This document shows positions 8,976-16,704 of a stretch of 58,054 nucleotides of DNA, in pieces. The stretch is taken from the NCBI GenBank assembly GCA_004282895.1, contig SHLQ01000001.1, positions 1-58,054 of the forward strand, in the 5' to 3' direction. Every line of letters begins with the position of its first letter. The stretch's first letter is position 1. The translations under genes and the position numbers were made by a program. This DNA is from Acidimicrobiales bacterium. GTDB taxonomy: Bacteria; Actinomycetota; Acidimicrobiia; Acidimicrobiales; SHLQ01. The notes beneath the pieces were generated by a model. That model ran no database searches and was not told where the DNA came from. It saw only the letters and a list, made by a program, of their open reading frames with translations.

Positions 8976-10072
8976 GTGTCACCGTCGACTGGTGGAGTGC
9001 CGTGCTCGCCGGTCCAGGTGGTTCCATCTCGGAGTCAGGCGAAGGCGAGCGGTACCTTGCCCTTCCCACTCGACGCGCCGCCCGGGTTGTGGTCGACGCC
9101 AGCAACCCCGTCGCAATCAACGACGCGCTCAGCCGTATGGCCGAGGCCCGGTCTCTTCCCGGCGCTGACGTTATTGCCCGCGTCGCCAGTCGCGTTGCCC
9201 CTCAAGCCGCCCCGTCGTGGACGATCCACGGCGGCGACGACGGCAGTCTGCGGACACACTTGAAACAGATCATCGGCGCGGACGTCACGCTGTCCATCGC
9301 CATCGGTCCGCCGAGGCCCAATCAGAAGCCAGTGGTCAGAATCTATGACGGTCCCGACATGGTCGCGATTGCCAAGATGGGCCCGGACCTCCACACCGCG
9401 AGCATGGTCGCGAACGAAGCGCGCTGGTTGGCGGAGCTCACGGCCGCCCCCATTGCCGACGTACAGACCGCGGAGGTTCTCCACCACGGCGAGTTCGGTC
9501 CGAGTGACCTGCTGGTGATGTCACCTCTTCCCCTCGCAAGCGACCTCGGGCTTTCCTTCGATCAGATGCCGACGGAGCTGCTGACCTCGATCGCCAACCG
9601 GGCGCCCTCGGTGGGACTGGCGGATAGTCCGTATTGGATGGCCCTGCTGGGTCGAGCCCAACCGTGGGGGGACGCGGACCTCGAGCGCCTGCTCGACAAC
9701 ATCACCTCGCACCCTCGCTTCGAGTCGGTGGCAACCGGCCTGGCCCACGGCGATTGGTCTCCGTGGAACATCGGGCGAGGAATCGACGGCCAGTGGTGTG
9801 TGTGGGACTGGGAACGAGCGGCCGTCGGCGTGCCCTTGGCATTCGATCTCCTGCATCTGCACTTGCAGTACGGACCGGAGGGGTTTGACGGTGGTCTGCG
9901 CGGCGCCGCCGAGGCGTCCCGCCTGGCTGGCCATGCCGACGAAGACTTCGATCTGGCCACGACCATGTACCTGGCAGAGCTGCTCGTTCGTCATCACGAA
10001 GCCAACCAGACCGGATCGCTTCGCGACGAAGCGGTTCGTCAACTCATTGGTTCGGGCGCCGATACGGTCTAG
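8972..10072 (+). CDS. Aminoglycoside-phosphotransferase-fold (APH/choline-kinase-like) kinase
   Basis: ATGA overlap with the upstream gene. The catalytic-loop motif LAHGDWSPWNI is followed by VWDWERAAVGVPLAFDLLHL (HGDxxxxN ... DWE pattern). Confidence 0.7.
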   Translation: MSVTVDWWSAVLAGPGGSISESGEGERYLALPTRRAARVVVDASNPVAINDALSRMAEARSLPGADVIARVASRVAPQAAPSWTIHGGDDGSLRTHLKQIIGADVTLSIAIGPPRPNQKPVVRIYDGPDMVAIAKMGPDLHTASMVANEARWLAELTAAPIADVQTAEVLHHGEFGPSDLLVMSPLPLASDLGLSFDQMPTELLTSIANRAPSVGLADSPYWMALLGRAQPWGDADLERLLDNITSHPRFESVATGLAHGDWSPWNIGRGIDGQWCVWDWERAAVGVPLAFDLLHLHLQYGPEGFDGGLRGAAEASRLAGHADEDFDLATTMYLAELLVRHHEANQTGSLRDEAVRQLIGSGADTV

Positions 10073-10099
10073 GACGATACGAATGCGGAGTGGACGAAC

Positions 10100-11020
10100 A
10101 TGATCGGTCGGAAGGCGCTGGGGAGGAGCCGAGTCCCCCAACCGGTGCGCGACGTCTACCAATGGGCCAATCGTTCGCAAGGCCGCCTTGACGCGTCCCG
10201 TCGAGTGTTGCCGAACTTCTACGTGGCCGGAACACAACGTGGTGGCACGACATCGTTGTTCATCTACCTTCTGCGGCACGAGCTGGTATTCGGTCCGCGA
10301 CGCGCCAAAGCCGTCCACTATTTCGACACCTCCTATCACCGCAGCGTCGACTGGTATCGAGCCCAGTTCCCCCGGCAGAGCACCATGGATCGGCTTCGTC
10401 AGGAACATGGCGCAAACGCCGCCGTTGGTGAGGGCGCGCCGTACTACATGTACAACCCGACGATTGCGCCCCGGATCGCGGCCCTGACCCCGGAGGCGCG
10501 GGTCATCATGGTTCTGCGCGAACCGCTCGAACGGGCCCTGTCCCATCACAACCATGAGTGCACCCGCGGCTTCGAACATCTCGGTGCAGCCGAGGCCTTC
10601 GACGCTGAGCCAGAACGCCTCGCCGGAGAACGTGCCCGGCTGGAAGCTGACCAGAAGTACATCTCGCACAATGACATCCACTTCTCCTACATCAGCCGGT
10701 CGCGCTACGCCGATCAGGTGGCGCAGTACCTGGACGTGTTCGGCCGCGACCAGGTGTTGGTGCTCGACAGTGCCCGCCTGCACGAGGACCCTGCGGCAAC
10801 GGTGCGCGAGGCGACTGACTTTCTGGGGCTTCCGCCCCTCGAACAGCAGGAGTATCCGCGCTACAACCAGCGCGCGCACGACCCGGTGTCGCCGGAGATG
10901 CGGGAGCGATTCGGTCCGCTGTTCGAGGAATCGAACGCGAAGCTGGCTGCCCTCGTTCCGGGGCGGCTGTCGTGGCTGGAGGCCGGTCGAAACCGGGACG
11001 ATTTGTCCGAAGTGCGTTAG
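10100..11020 (+). CDS. Sulfotransferase (Sulfotransfer_1-like)
   Basis: FYVAGTQRGGTTSLF (5'-PSB loop) and VIMVLREPLERALSHH (3'-PB motif); 306 aa. Confidence 0.8.
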   Translation: MIGRKALGRSRVPQPVRDVYQWANRSQGRLDASRRVLPNFYVAGTQRGGTTSLFIYLLRHELVFGPRRAKAVHYFDTSYHRSVDWYRAQFPRQSTMDRLRQEHGANAAVGEGAPYYMYNPTIAPRIAALTPEARVIMVLREPLERALSHHNHECTRGFEHLGAAEAFDAEPERLAGERARLEADQKYISHNDIHFSYISRSRYADQVAQYLDVFGRDQVLVLDSARLHEDPAATVREATDFLGLPPLEQQEYPRYNQRAHDPVSPEMRERFGPLFEESNAKLAALVPGRLSWLEAGRNRDDLSEVR

Positions 11021-12333
11021 CCCGCTTCGGAGTGGGTGACGGGCTGTTCGCCCATCCATTCCCTCAGGGTGTTCTTCATCTTCGTCTGCTGGATGAAGAT
11101 GTCGTGTTCGGGATCATTGGGACCCGCGGACTGGGGAGCCTTGAAGTAGAAGCTGAGCCACTCCTGCACGCCCGACTCGCCGGCCCGTGACGCAAGGTCC
11201 ATGAACAGCGCAAGGTCGAGAACGATCGGTGCGGCGAGGATGGAGTCGCGAGCCAACAGGTTGATCTTGATCTGCATCGGATAGCCGAGCCAGCCAAAGA
11301 TGTCGATGTTGTCCCAGCCCTCTTTCTCGTCGCCGCGGGGCGGGTAGTAGTCGATGCGGACCTTGTGATCGATCTCGCCGTACAGCTCCGGATAGAGCTC
11401 GGGCTGCAGGATCGTGTCGAGCACACCCAGCTTCGAGGATTCCTTGGTCTGGAAGTTCTCCGGCGCATCGAGCACTTCACCGTCGCGGTTTCCGAGGATG
11501 TTGGTGGAGTACCAGCCGCGAATACCGAGCATCCGGGATTTAAGGCCGGGGGCGATGAGCGTCTTCATCAGTGTCTGACCCGTCTTGAAGTCCTTGCCCG
11601 CGATTGGAACACCTTCGCGTTCGCTCAGGGCAACGATGCACGGCAGATCCGTGGTCAGGTTGGGGGCACCGTTCGCGAACGGCACACCACTCAGCAGTGC
11701 GGCATAGGCATAGATCTGACTGGGCGAGATGTTCTCGTCGTTGTTGCGGAGGCCCTCTTCGAAAGACTCGATCGTGGCGTGCACGTCGGAGGGTTGCTGG
11801 AACGCCTCGGTGGATGCACACCAGACCATCACGAGCCGGTCACAGTCGTTCTCGACCCGGAACTTCTCGATGTCGGCGATGAGCGCTTCGGCCTGCTCCA
11901 TCATGTTTGTCTCGCTCTTGACGCGGACGCCGGTTATACGCGACACCCACCTCTGGTCAAACACGGCATCCATAGCGACGATGCCCTCGAGTTCGCCCGA
12001 GAGCGGCGCAAGATCGGATTCCTTCATGACACCTGCCGTGCGGGCCGCTTCCAGCACGTTCGGCGAGAGTGGGTCCCACCCTCCGAATACCAGATCGTCA
12101 AGATCGGCCAGCGGCACGAACTCGTTGATGCGGGGGTTGCGTCCTGCCTCGCGGGTGCCGAGGCGGATGTGTGCCATCTGGCTGACCGATCCCAACGGTG
12201 GTTCGCCGGTATGGCGGCTGTGTATAACACCAGCGATGAGCGTGGAGGCCACGGCACCGAGGCCGGGCATGAGGACACCGAGCTTGCCGGTGGCAGGGCT
12301 GATCGTACGGGCGGAATGGTCAAGAGAAGTCAT
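11017..12333 (-). CDS. ino1: myo-Inositol-1-phosphate (inositol-3-phosphate) synthase
   Basis: 438-aa ORF with an N-terminal Rossmann-type GVLMPGLGAVASTLIAGV. The C-terminal LARDSILAAPIVLDLALFMDLA matches the conserved MIPS core. Its stop overlaps the convergent sulfotransferase stop. Confidence 0.8.
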   Translation of the reverse strand: MTSLDHSARTISPATGKLGVLMPGLGAVASTLIAGVIHSRHTGEPPLGSVSQMAHIRLGTREAGRNPRINEFVPLADLDDLVFGGWDPLSPNVLEAARTAGVMKESDLAPLSGELEGIVAMDAVFDQRWVSRITGVRVKSETNMMEQAEALIADIEKFRVENDCDRLVMVWCASTEAFQQPSDVHATIESFEEGLRNNDENISPSQIYAYAALLSGVPFANGAPNLTTDLPCIVALSEREGVPIAGKDFKTGQTLMKTLIAPGLKSRMLGIRGWYSTNILGNRDGEVLDAPENFQTKESSKLGVLDTILQPELYPELYGEIDHKVRIDYYPPRGDEKEGWDNIDIFGWLGYPMQIKINLLARDSILAAPIVLDLALFMDLASRAGESGVQEWLSFYFKAPQSAGPNDPEHDIFIQQTKMKNTLREWMGEQPVTHSEAG

Positions 12334-12352
12334 GCCGTCAAACTAAAGACAT

Positions 12353-12381
12353 ACTTCAGTATTGGGAAGTTTGATTCAGTA
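12353..12381. promoter_or_regulatory. Candidate LysR-type operator in the 65-bp ino1/LysR divergent region
   Basis: Inverted repeat ACTTC-N8-GAAGT (12353-12370) fits T-N11-A. Direct repeat TTCAGTA occurs at 12355-12361 and 12375-12381, 20 bp apart. The region is an AT-rich island. Confidence 0.4.
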
Positions 12382-12398
12382 ATGCTTCATCTAGGATC

Positions 12399-13274
12399 AT
12401 GGGGGTGGAACTGGCCGACGTCACCATTGCGCAGCTGCGGTATTTGCTGGCCAGCCGCGACGAGGAGTCCTGGAAGGTGGCAGCCGCGTCCTGTGGCGTA
12501 AGCCCGTCGGCATTCTCCCAGGGGATCGCCCAACTCGAGCGCAAACTCGACCTGGACCTCATCGACCGGAGCGGCCGGCAACGTTCGTTGACCGCTGCGG
12601 GATACGCGGCCGCGACCCATGCGGAGCTCGTCCTGGCGCAGATGCGTGAGCTTTCGCGCTGGGCCAGCGAGGTTCGGGAAGGGGAAGCGGGGCTGCTGGT
12701 CGTGGGGATGATCGACACCGCGGCCGTCCATCATTTTGGCGACGCACTCGTAGCGTTCCGCCGCCGCTACCCGGAGATCGAGCTTCGCCTCATCGTGCAA
12801 CCATCCGCGTCCTTGACCGAGCTGCTTCTCCGCAGTGAGGTCGACCTGATCGTCGCGGTCGAAGTCGCGCCGATGCAAAACGTGCAGTCCGTTCCGCTCG
12901 TTCGTGAGCCGATGTATGTCTATGCGCCTCCAGGCACCGACATTGGGGCGGAGGCGACGTGGGGGCCCTGGGTAACCTTTCCGCAGGCATCGCGGTCGCG
13001 GGCACTCGCCGGCGCCGAGCTGCAGCGGCGCGGCGTGGACTTCACGGTGGTGGCCGAAAGTTCTCAGCCCGCTGTCCTACGGGAGATGGTGCAGCTCGGC
13101 ATGGGGTGGACCGTCCTCTCGTCGGTTGATGCCGAACGAGAACCGCACGCGCTTCGACGAGCCCATCCGAACGCGGTGACCGAACGGGTGCTCTCCATGA
13201 GCCACCGCAGCGACCGAACACCGAGCCCCGCGTTGTCGCGTTTGATCGACGCGTTGCGAGTCGAGGCCTCATGA
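12399..13274 (+). CDS. LysR-family transcriptional regulator
   Basis: N-terminal wHTH IAQLRYLLASRDEESWKVAAASCGVSPSAFSQGIAQLERKL plus a LysR substrate-binding-type C-terminal half. Confidence 0.85.
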   Translation: MGVELADVTIAQLRYLLASRDEESWKVAAASCGVSPSAFSQGIAQLERKLDLDLIDRSGRQRSLTAAGYAAATHAELVLAQMRELSRWASEVREGEAGLLVVGMIDTAAVHHFGDALVAFRRRYPEIELRLIVQPSASLTELLLRSEVDLIVAVEVAPMQNVQSVPLVREPMYVYAPPGTDIGAEATWGPWVTFPQASRSRALAGAELQRRGVDFTVVAESSQPAVLREMVQLGMGWTVLSSVDAEREPHALRRAHPNAVTERVLSMSHRSDRTPSPALSRLIDALRVEAS

Positions 13275-14008
13275 GTGATCAGGAGGTCATGATCCTCGTC
13301 GGCGTGGCGGCTGCGGCCTCGCTTGTCAAGAGCACGTTGGGTGTGGGGTATCCGATCTTCCTTCTGCCCGTTCTTGCGTTGTTCATGGATCTTGCCGACG
13401 CAATCGTCGTCGTCGCTCCCTCCAATCTGGCCATGAACGCGGTTCTGCTGTGGAACGTTCGCAGCGAGGCCGGGAAGTCGCACACCCTGCGCCGATTTCT
13501 CGGCTGGTCCATCGGGTTTGCCATCATCGGCTCGCTCGCCGTGCCGATCTTGCCGGAGGTCGTACTGCGGCTGCTACTCGTCGGGATCGTCCTGGTCTTC
13601 CTGATCAACCGCCGGCGGTCACCACAGTTTGTGCTGTCCCCCCAACGCGCCCACACGTTTACCCCGGCGGCGGGGGCGCTTGCGGGACTGTTTCAGGGGG
13701 CGACCGGCGTCTCTGGGCCAGTGATTACACCGTGGTTTCTCAGTCAGGGGCTGGGACGAAACGCGTTCGTCTACTCGATCAGTTCGGCATTCGCACTCGC
13801 CGGGCTGGCCCAGATTGTCGGACTCGCCGGTCAGGGATTGTTCACCGACGATCTGTTGTTCCCGAGTCTGCTCATCATTCCCGTGGCCCTCGCCATCGTC
13901 CCGATCGGTTTGTGGGTGCGCCGACGGGTGTCGGCCGAGACGTTCGAAGGCCTGGTCGTGTTGTTGCTCATCGGATCGGCAATTGCGATCCTCGTGCGGA
14001 TGTTCTGA
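13271..14008 (+). CDS. TauE/SafE-family sulfite/organosulfonate exporter-like membrane protein
   Basis: ATGA overlap with the LysR gene. The 245-aa product has about 7-8 TM segments and Gly-rich helices typical of the family. Confidence 0.65.
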   Translation: MSDQEVMILVGVAAAASLVKSTLGVGYPIFLLPVLALFMDLADAIVVVAPSNLAMNAVLLWNVRSEAGKSHTLRRFLGWSIGFAIIGSLAVPILPEVVLRLLLVGIVLVFLINRRRSPQFVLSPQRAHTFTPAAGALAGLFQGATGVSGPVITPWFLSQGLGRNAFVYSISSAFALAGLAQIVGLAGQGLFTDDLLFPSLLIIPVALAIVPIGLWVRRRVSAETFEGLVVLLLIGSAIAILVRMF

Positions 14009-14731
14009 CTAGTCGCGGCTCATGAAGAGGCGGAGCACGTACCAGAACATGGTCATGAGTGAGCTGAACAGGGCAATCGCCGCGGCGATGTGTCCGTTGA
14101 TCGGGTAGCGGCGAACGACACTCTGCGTCTGGAAGAGAATCGCGGCGCCGGAGAGACCGATCATCGCCACCGAGAACCAGGTGCCGAGGCCCCAGCCGAA
14201 CATGACGGCGGCCACGATCAGGAGCAGGGCCAGACCGAAGCCCCACATGACGATCGGTCGGAGGAACGACAGATCCTTGCGGGTGAAGAGGCCAATGGCG
14301 GTGAGCATGGCGAAACCGAGGCCGGTCACAACTGCGGCCTGGAGAACTGTCGCTCCGCCGTCGGACTGCTGGAAGACGTAGGACAGGAACGGCGCAAAGA
14401 TGAGCGCTTGTCCCAATGCCGACCCGAAGAGGCCGACGTACTGGCGCGGCGGGTTGCCTAGATCGGTCACCGCATTGCTGGCGAACCACTGAATGACCAT
14501 GACGCCACCCATGAGCAGCAGCCAGCGACCGCCGCCTCCGACGAGGAAGTACTCCCGCATGCTGCCGGCGACACCCGTGGTGAACAGCAGGGCTTCGATG
14601 GCAACAAACGCAACGACAGCGGCCGCGACGTGTTGATAGACCCGAGCGACAAACGTCGCGCGATCAATCTCGGGAAGTTCGATAACCGGGACGTCAAGGC
14701 GTGTCGGCTGGGATTCAAATGCGCTCATCAT
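14009..14731 (-). CDS. Bax inhibitor-1 / YccA-family membrane protein
   Basis: 240 aa with 7 hydrophobic segments. The N-terminal FVARVYQHVAAAVVAFVAIEALL resembles the BI-1 signature region. Confidence 0.75.
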   Translation of the reverse strand: MMSAFESQPTRLDVPVIELPEIDRATFVARVYQHVAAAVVAFVAIEALLFTTGVAGSMREYFLVGGGGRWLLLMGGVMVIQWFASNAVTDLGNPPRQYVGLFGSALGQALIFAPFLSYVFQQSDGGATVLQAAVVTGLGFAMLTAIGLFTRKDLSFLRPIVMWGFGLALLLIVAAVMFGWGLGTWFSVAMIGLSGAAILFQTQSVVRRYPINGHIAAAIALFSSLMTMFWYVLRLFMSRD

Positions 14732-14842
14732 GTTCCTTTCGGGCGCTTGGGTACAGGGTATCGCACGCCAAATTGGACGAGAGATCGAACCTGTTGTGTT
14801 AATGAACGCCCCAGAGGCCTGATTTCATCCAGACTTAGGGGA

Positions 14843-15823
14843 ATGACCACATCCACCACACCCATGCGTGTTGTTCTCACACGCGACGTCTTCGAGAGCG
14901 AACACCTCATCGATGTCGTGGTTTCATCAATCGATGGCGTGACGAGTCTGTGGGGCCGCGAGGATGCACCGATCATCCCGCGATCCGCCATCAAGTCGAT
15001 CCAGGTGATTCCGCTTTTGCGCACCGGTGCCGCCGACGCCTTTGCGGTTACCGACACCGAGGTTGCACTCGGGGCGGCTTCACACAGCGCCGAACCCGAT
15101 CACGTCGCGGCCGTTGCGGCGTGGCTTGCACGAATCGGACGGTCCGAGGCCGATCTCGAATGTGGGCCCGACCGCCCGATACACGAGGAATCGGCCGATG
15201 CCATGCTGGCCGCCGGCGGTTCCGACCATCCTCGCTACAACTGCTGCACGGGTAAACACACCGGGTTTCTCACGATCGCCGCCCACCTTGGGCTCGACCA
15301 TCACGGGTACATCGACCGCGGTCATCCCGTCCAACAACTCATCACCGAAGCGGTGGAGGAGTTCACCGGCGTCGACCTTGCGGGGGTGAGCAACGGTCGA
15401 GACGGCTGTGGCATACCCACGTTTTCGTTTCCGGCCGAGCGACTCAGCCATGCCATGGCCCGGCTCGTCACCCCGGAACTCCACGAAGACGTCACCGCGG
15501 CCGCAACGACAAGGATCGTTGCCACACTGACAGCCAATCCGTGGTGGGTTTCGGGCACCGGCCGCCCCGAGGTGACTCTCACAGAGGCTGCATCAGAACC
15601 GCTCATCATCAAGGGTGGTGCCGAGGGTGTGGTTATGGGCGCACTACCTGATCGAGGGCTCGGGTTTGTCGTGAAGTCGCGCGACGGTTCCCGTCGGGGT
15701 GCCGACGCGGCCGCGGCTTGCCTGCTCGAACAACTTGACGTCGTTGCGCATGGCCACAGCCGGACCGTCGTCACGAACAAGGCGGGCACCGCGGTGGGCG
15801 AACAATACGTGGAGCTCACGTGA
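14843..15823 (+). CDS. Asparaginase II family (PF06089-like) protein
   Basis: ATG at 14843 lies within the longer track ORF. The conserved stretch is IIPRSAIKSIQVIPLLRTGAADAFAVTDTEVALGAASHSAEPDHVAAVAAWLARIG. Confidence 0.8.
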   Translation: MTTSTTPMRVVLTRDVFESEHLIDVVVSSIDGVTSLWGREDAPIIPRSAIKSIQVIPLLRTGAADAFAVTDTEVALGAASHSAEPDHVAAVAAWLARIGRSEADLECGPDRPIHEESADAMLAAGGSDHPRYNCCTGKHTGFLTIAAHLGLDHHGYIDRGHPVQQLITEAVEEFTGVDLAGVSNGRDGCGIPTFSFPAERLSHAMARLVTPELHEDVTAAATTRIVATLTANPWWVSGTGRPEVTLTEAASEPLIIKGGAEGVVMGALPDRGLGFVVKSRDGSRRGADAAAACLLEQLDVVAHGHSRTVVTNKAGTAVGEQYVELT

Positions 15824-16704
15824 CCGCCGTCGATCCCGGCGACCCGGATCTCGCGGTCTTCTCCTCCGACGCCGGTCGCCAGACCGTGTTTGCTTCGGCT
15901 CGCGAAGCATGGAAATACCGCTCGTTCATCAGCTACATGACCAAACGGGATCTGCGGATCACCTACCTCCGAAGCTACCTCGGCTGGTTGTGGTCACTCA
16001 TCAACCCCATCGCCGAGGTCATCATCTACAGCCTCGTGTTCGGGGTGATCCTCAAGGGAAACCGGTCGTTGCCCGACGCCCCCAACGACTTCAGTTCGTT
16101 CCCGCACTATCTCATCGTTGGCCTGGTGGTCTTCAACTTCTATCGAGCGACCTCATCGAAGGTCTTGAACAGCTTTGCGCAGACCGTGAAACTTCGACGC
16201 AAGCTGTATTTCCCCCCGGTCGCCCCTGCGTTGTCGCAGACGTTCACGACGTTGATTCAGAATTCACTCGAAATTGTTGTGCTCGTTCTCTTCTTCGCGA
16301 TAGCCGGTCATCTTTCGATCACCGCGATCGTGGTGATTCCGGTGGCACTCCTCGGCTGTGTTTTCGGCCTCGGGGTTGGTTTGTTGTTGTCGGTGGCGAA
16401 CGCTCGGTACCGCGACGTCGGGTATCTCTACAGCATCTTCCTACGACTGTTCTTCTACCTGATCCCCATCATCTGGCCGCTCGAGTTCGTCGATGAGCGC
16501 ATCGGCAACAAGACGCTGCAGACCCTCGTCAAGTGGAATCCACTGGCCAAACTGATCGAGGTCGCCCGCGATGGAACCTATCTGCACCAGTGGCCACCGT
16601 TGAACGACTGGATCTACCTCGCTGGCACGTCATCGGTGGTTCTGCTTATCGGCTGGATGGTGTTCGCTCGATCATCTGCAGATGTGGCGGAGGGACTGAC
16701 ATGA
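15820..16704 (+). CDS. ABC-2 type polysaccharide/teichoic-acid export permease (Wzm/TagG-like)
   Basis: GTGA overlap with the upstream gene. The motif is WKYRSFISYMTKRDLRITYLRSYLGWLWSLINP, and there are 6 TM segments. Confidence 0.85.
   Translation: MTAVDPGDPDLAVFSSDAGRQTVFASAREAWKYRSFISYMTKRDLRITYLRSYLGWLWSLINPIAEVIIYSLVFGVILKGNRSLPDAPNDFSSFPHYLIVGLVVFNFYRATSSKVLNSFAQTVKLRRKLYFPPVAPALSQTFTTLIQNSLEIVVLVLFFAIAGHLSITAIVVIPVALLGCVFGLGVGLLLSVANARYRDVGYLYSIFLRLFFYLIPIIWPLEFVDERIGNKTLQTLVKWNPLAKLIEVARDGTYLHQWPPLNDWIYLAGTSSVVLLIGWMVFARSSADVAEGLT

Noticed and set aside
7368-11059. Large minus-strand ORFs (7368-8954, 528 aa; 9521-11059, 512 aa) lie across the glycan operon.
   Set aside because: Both are antisense to motif-bearing, translationally coupled plus-strand genes. 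Their composition (Arg/His/Gly/Gln-rich, no hydrophobic core pattern) is typical of spurious frames.
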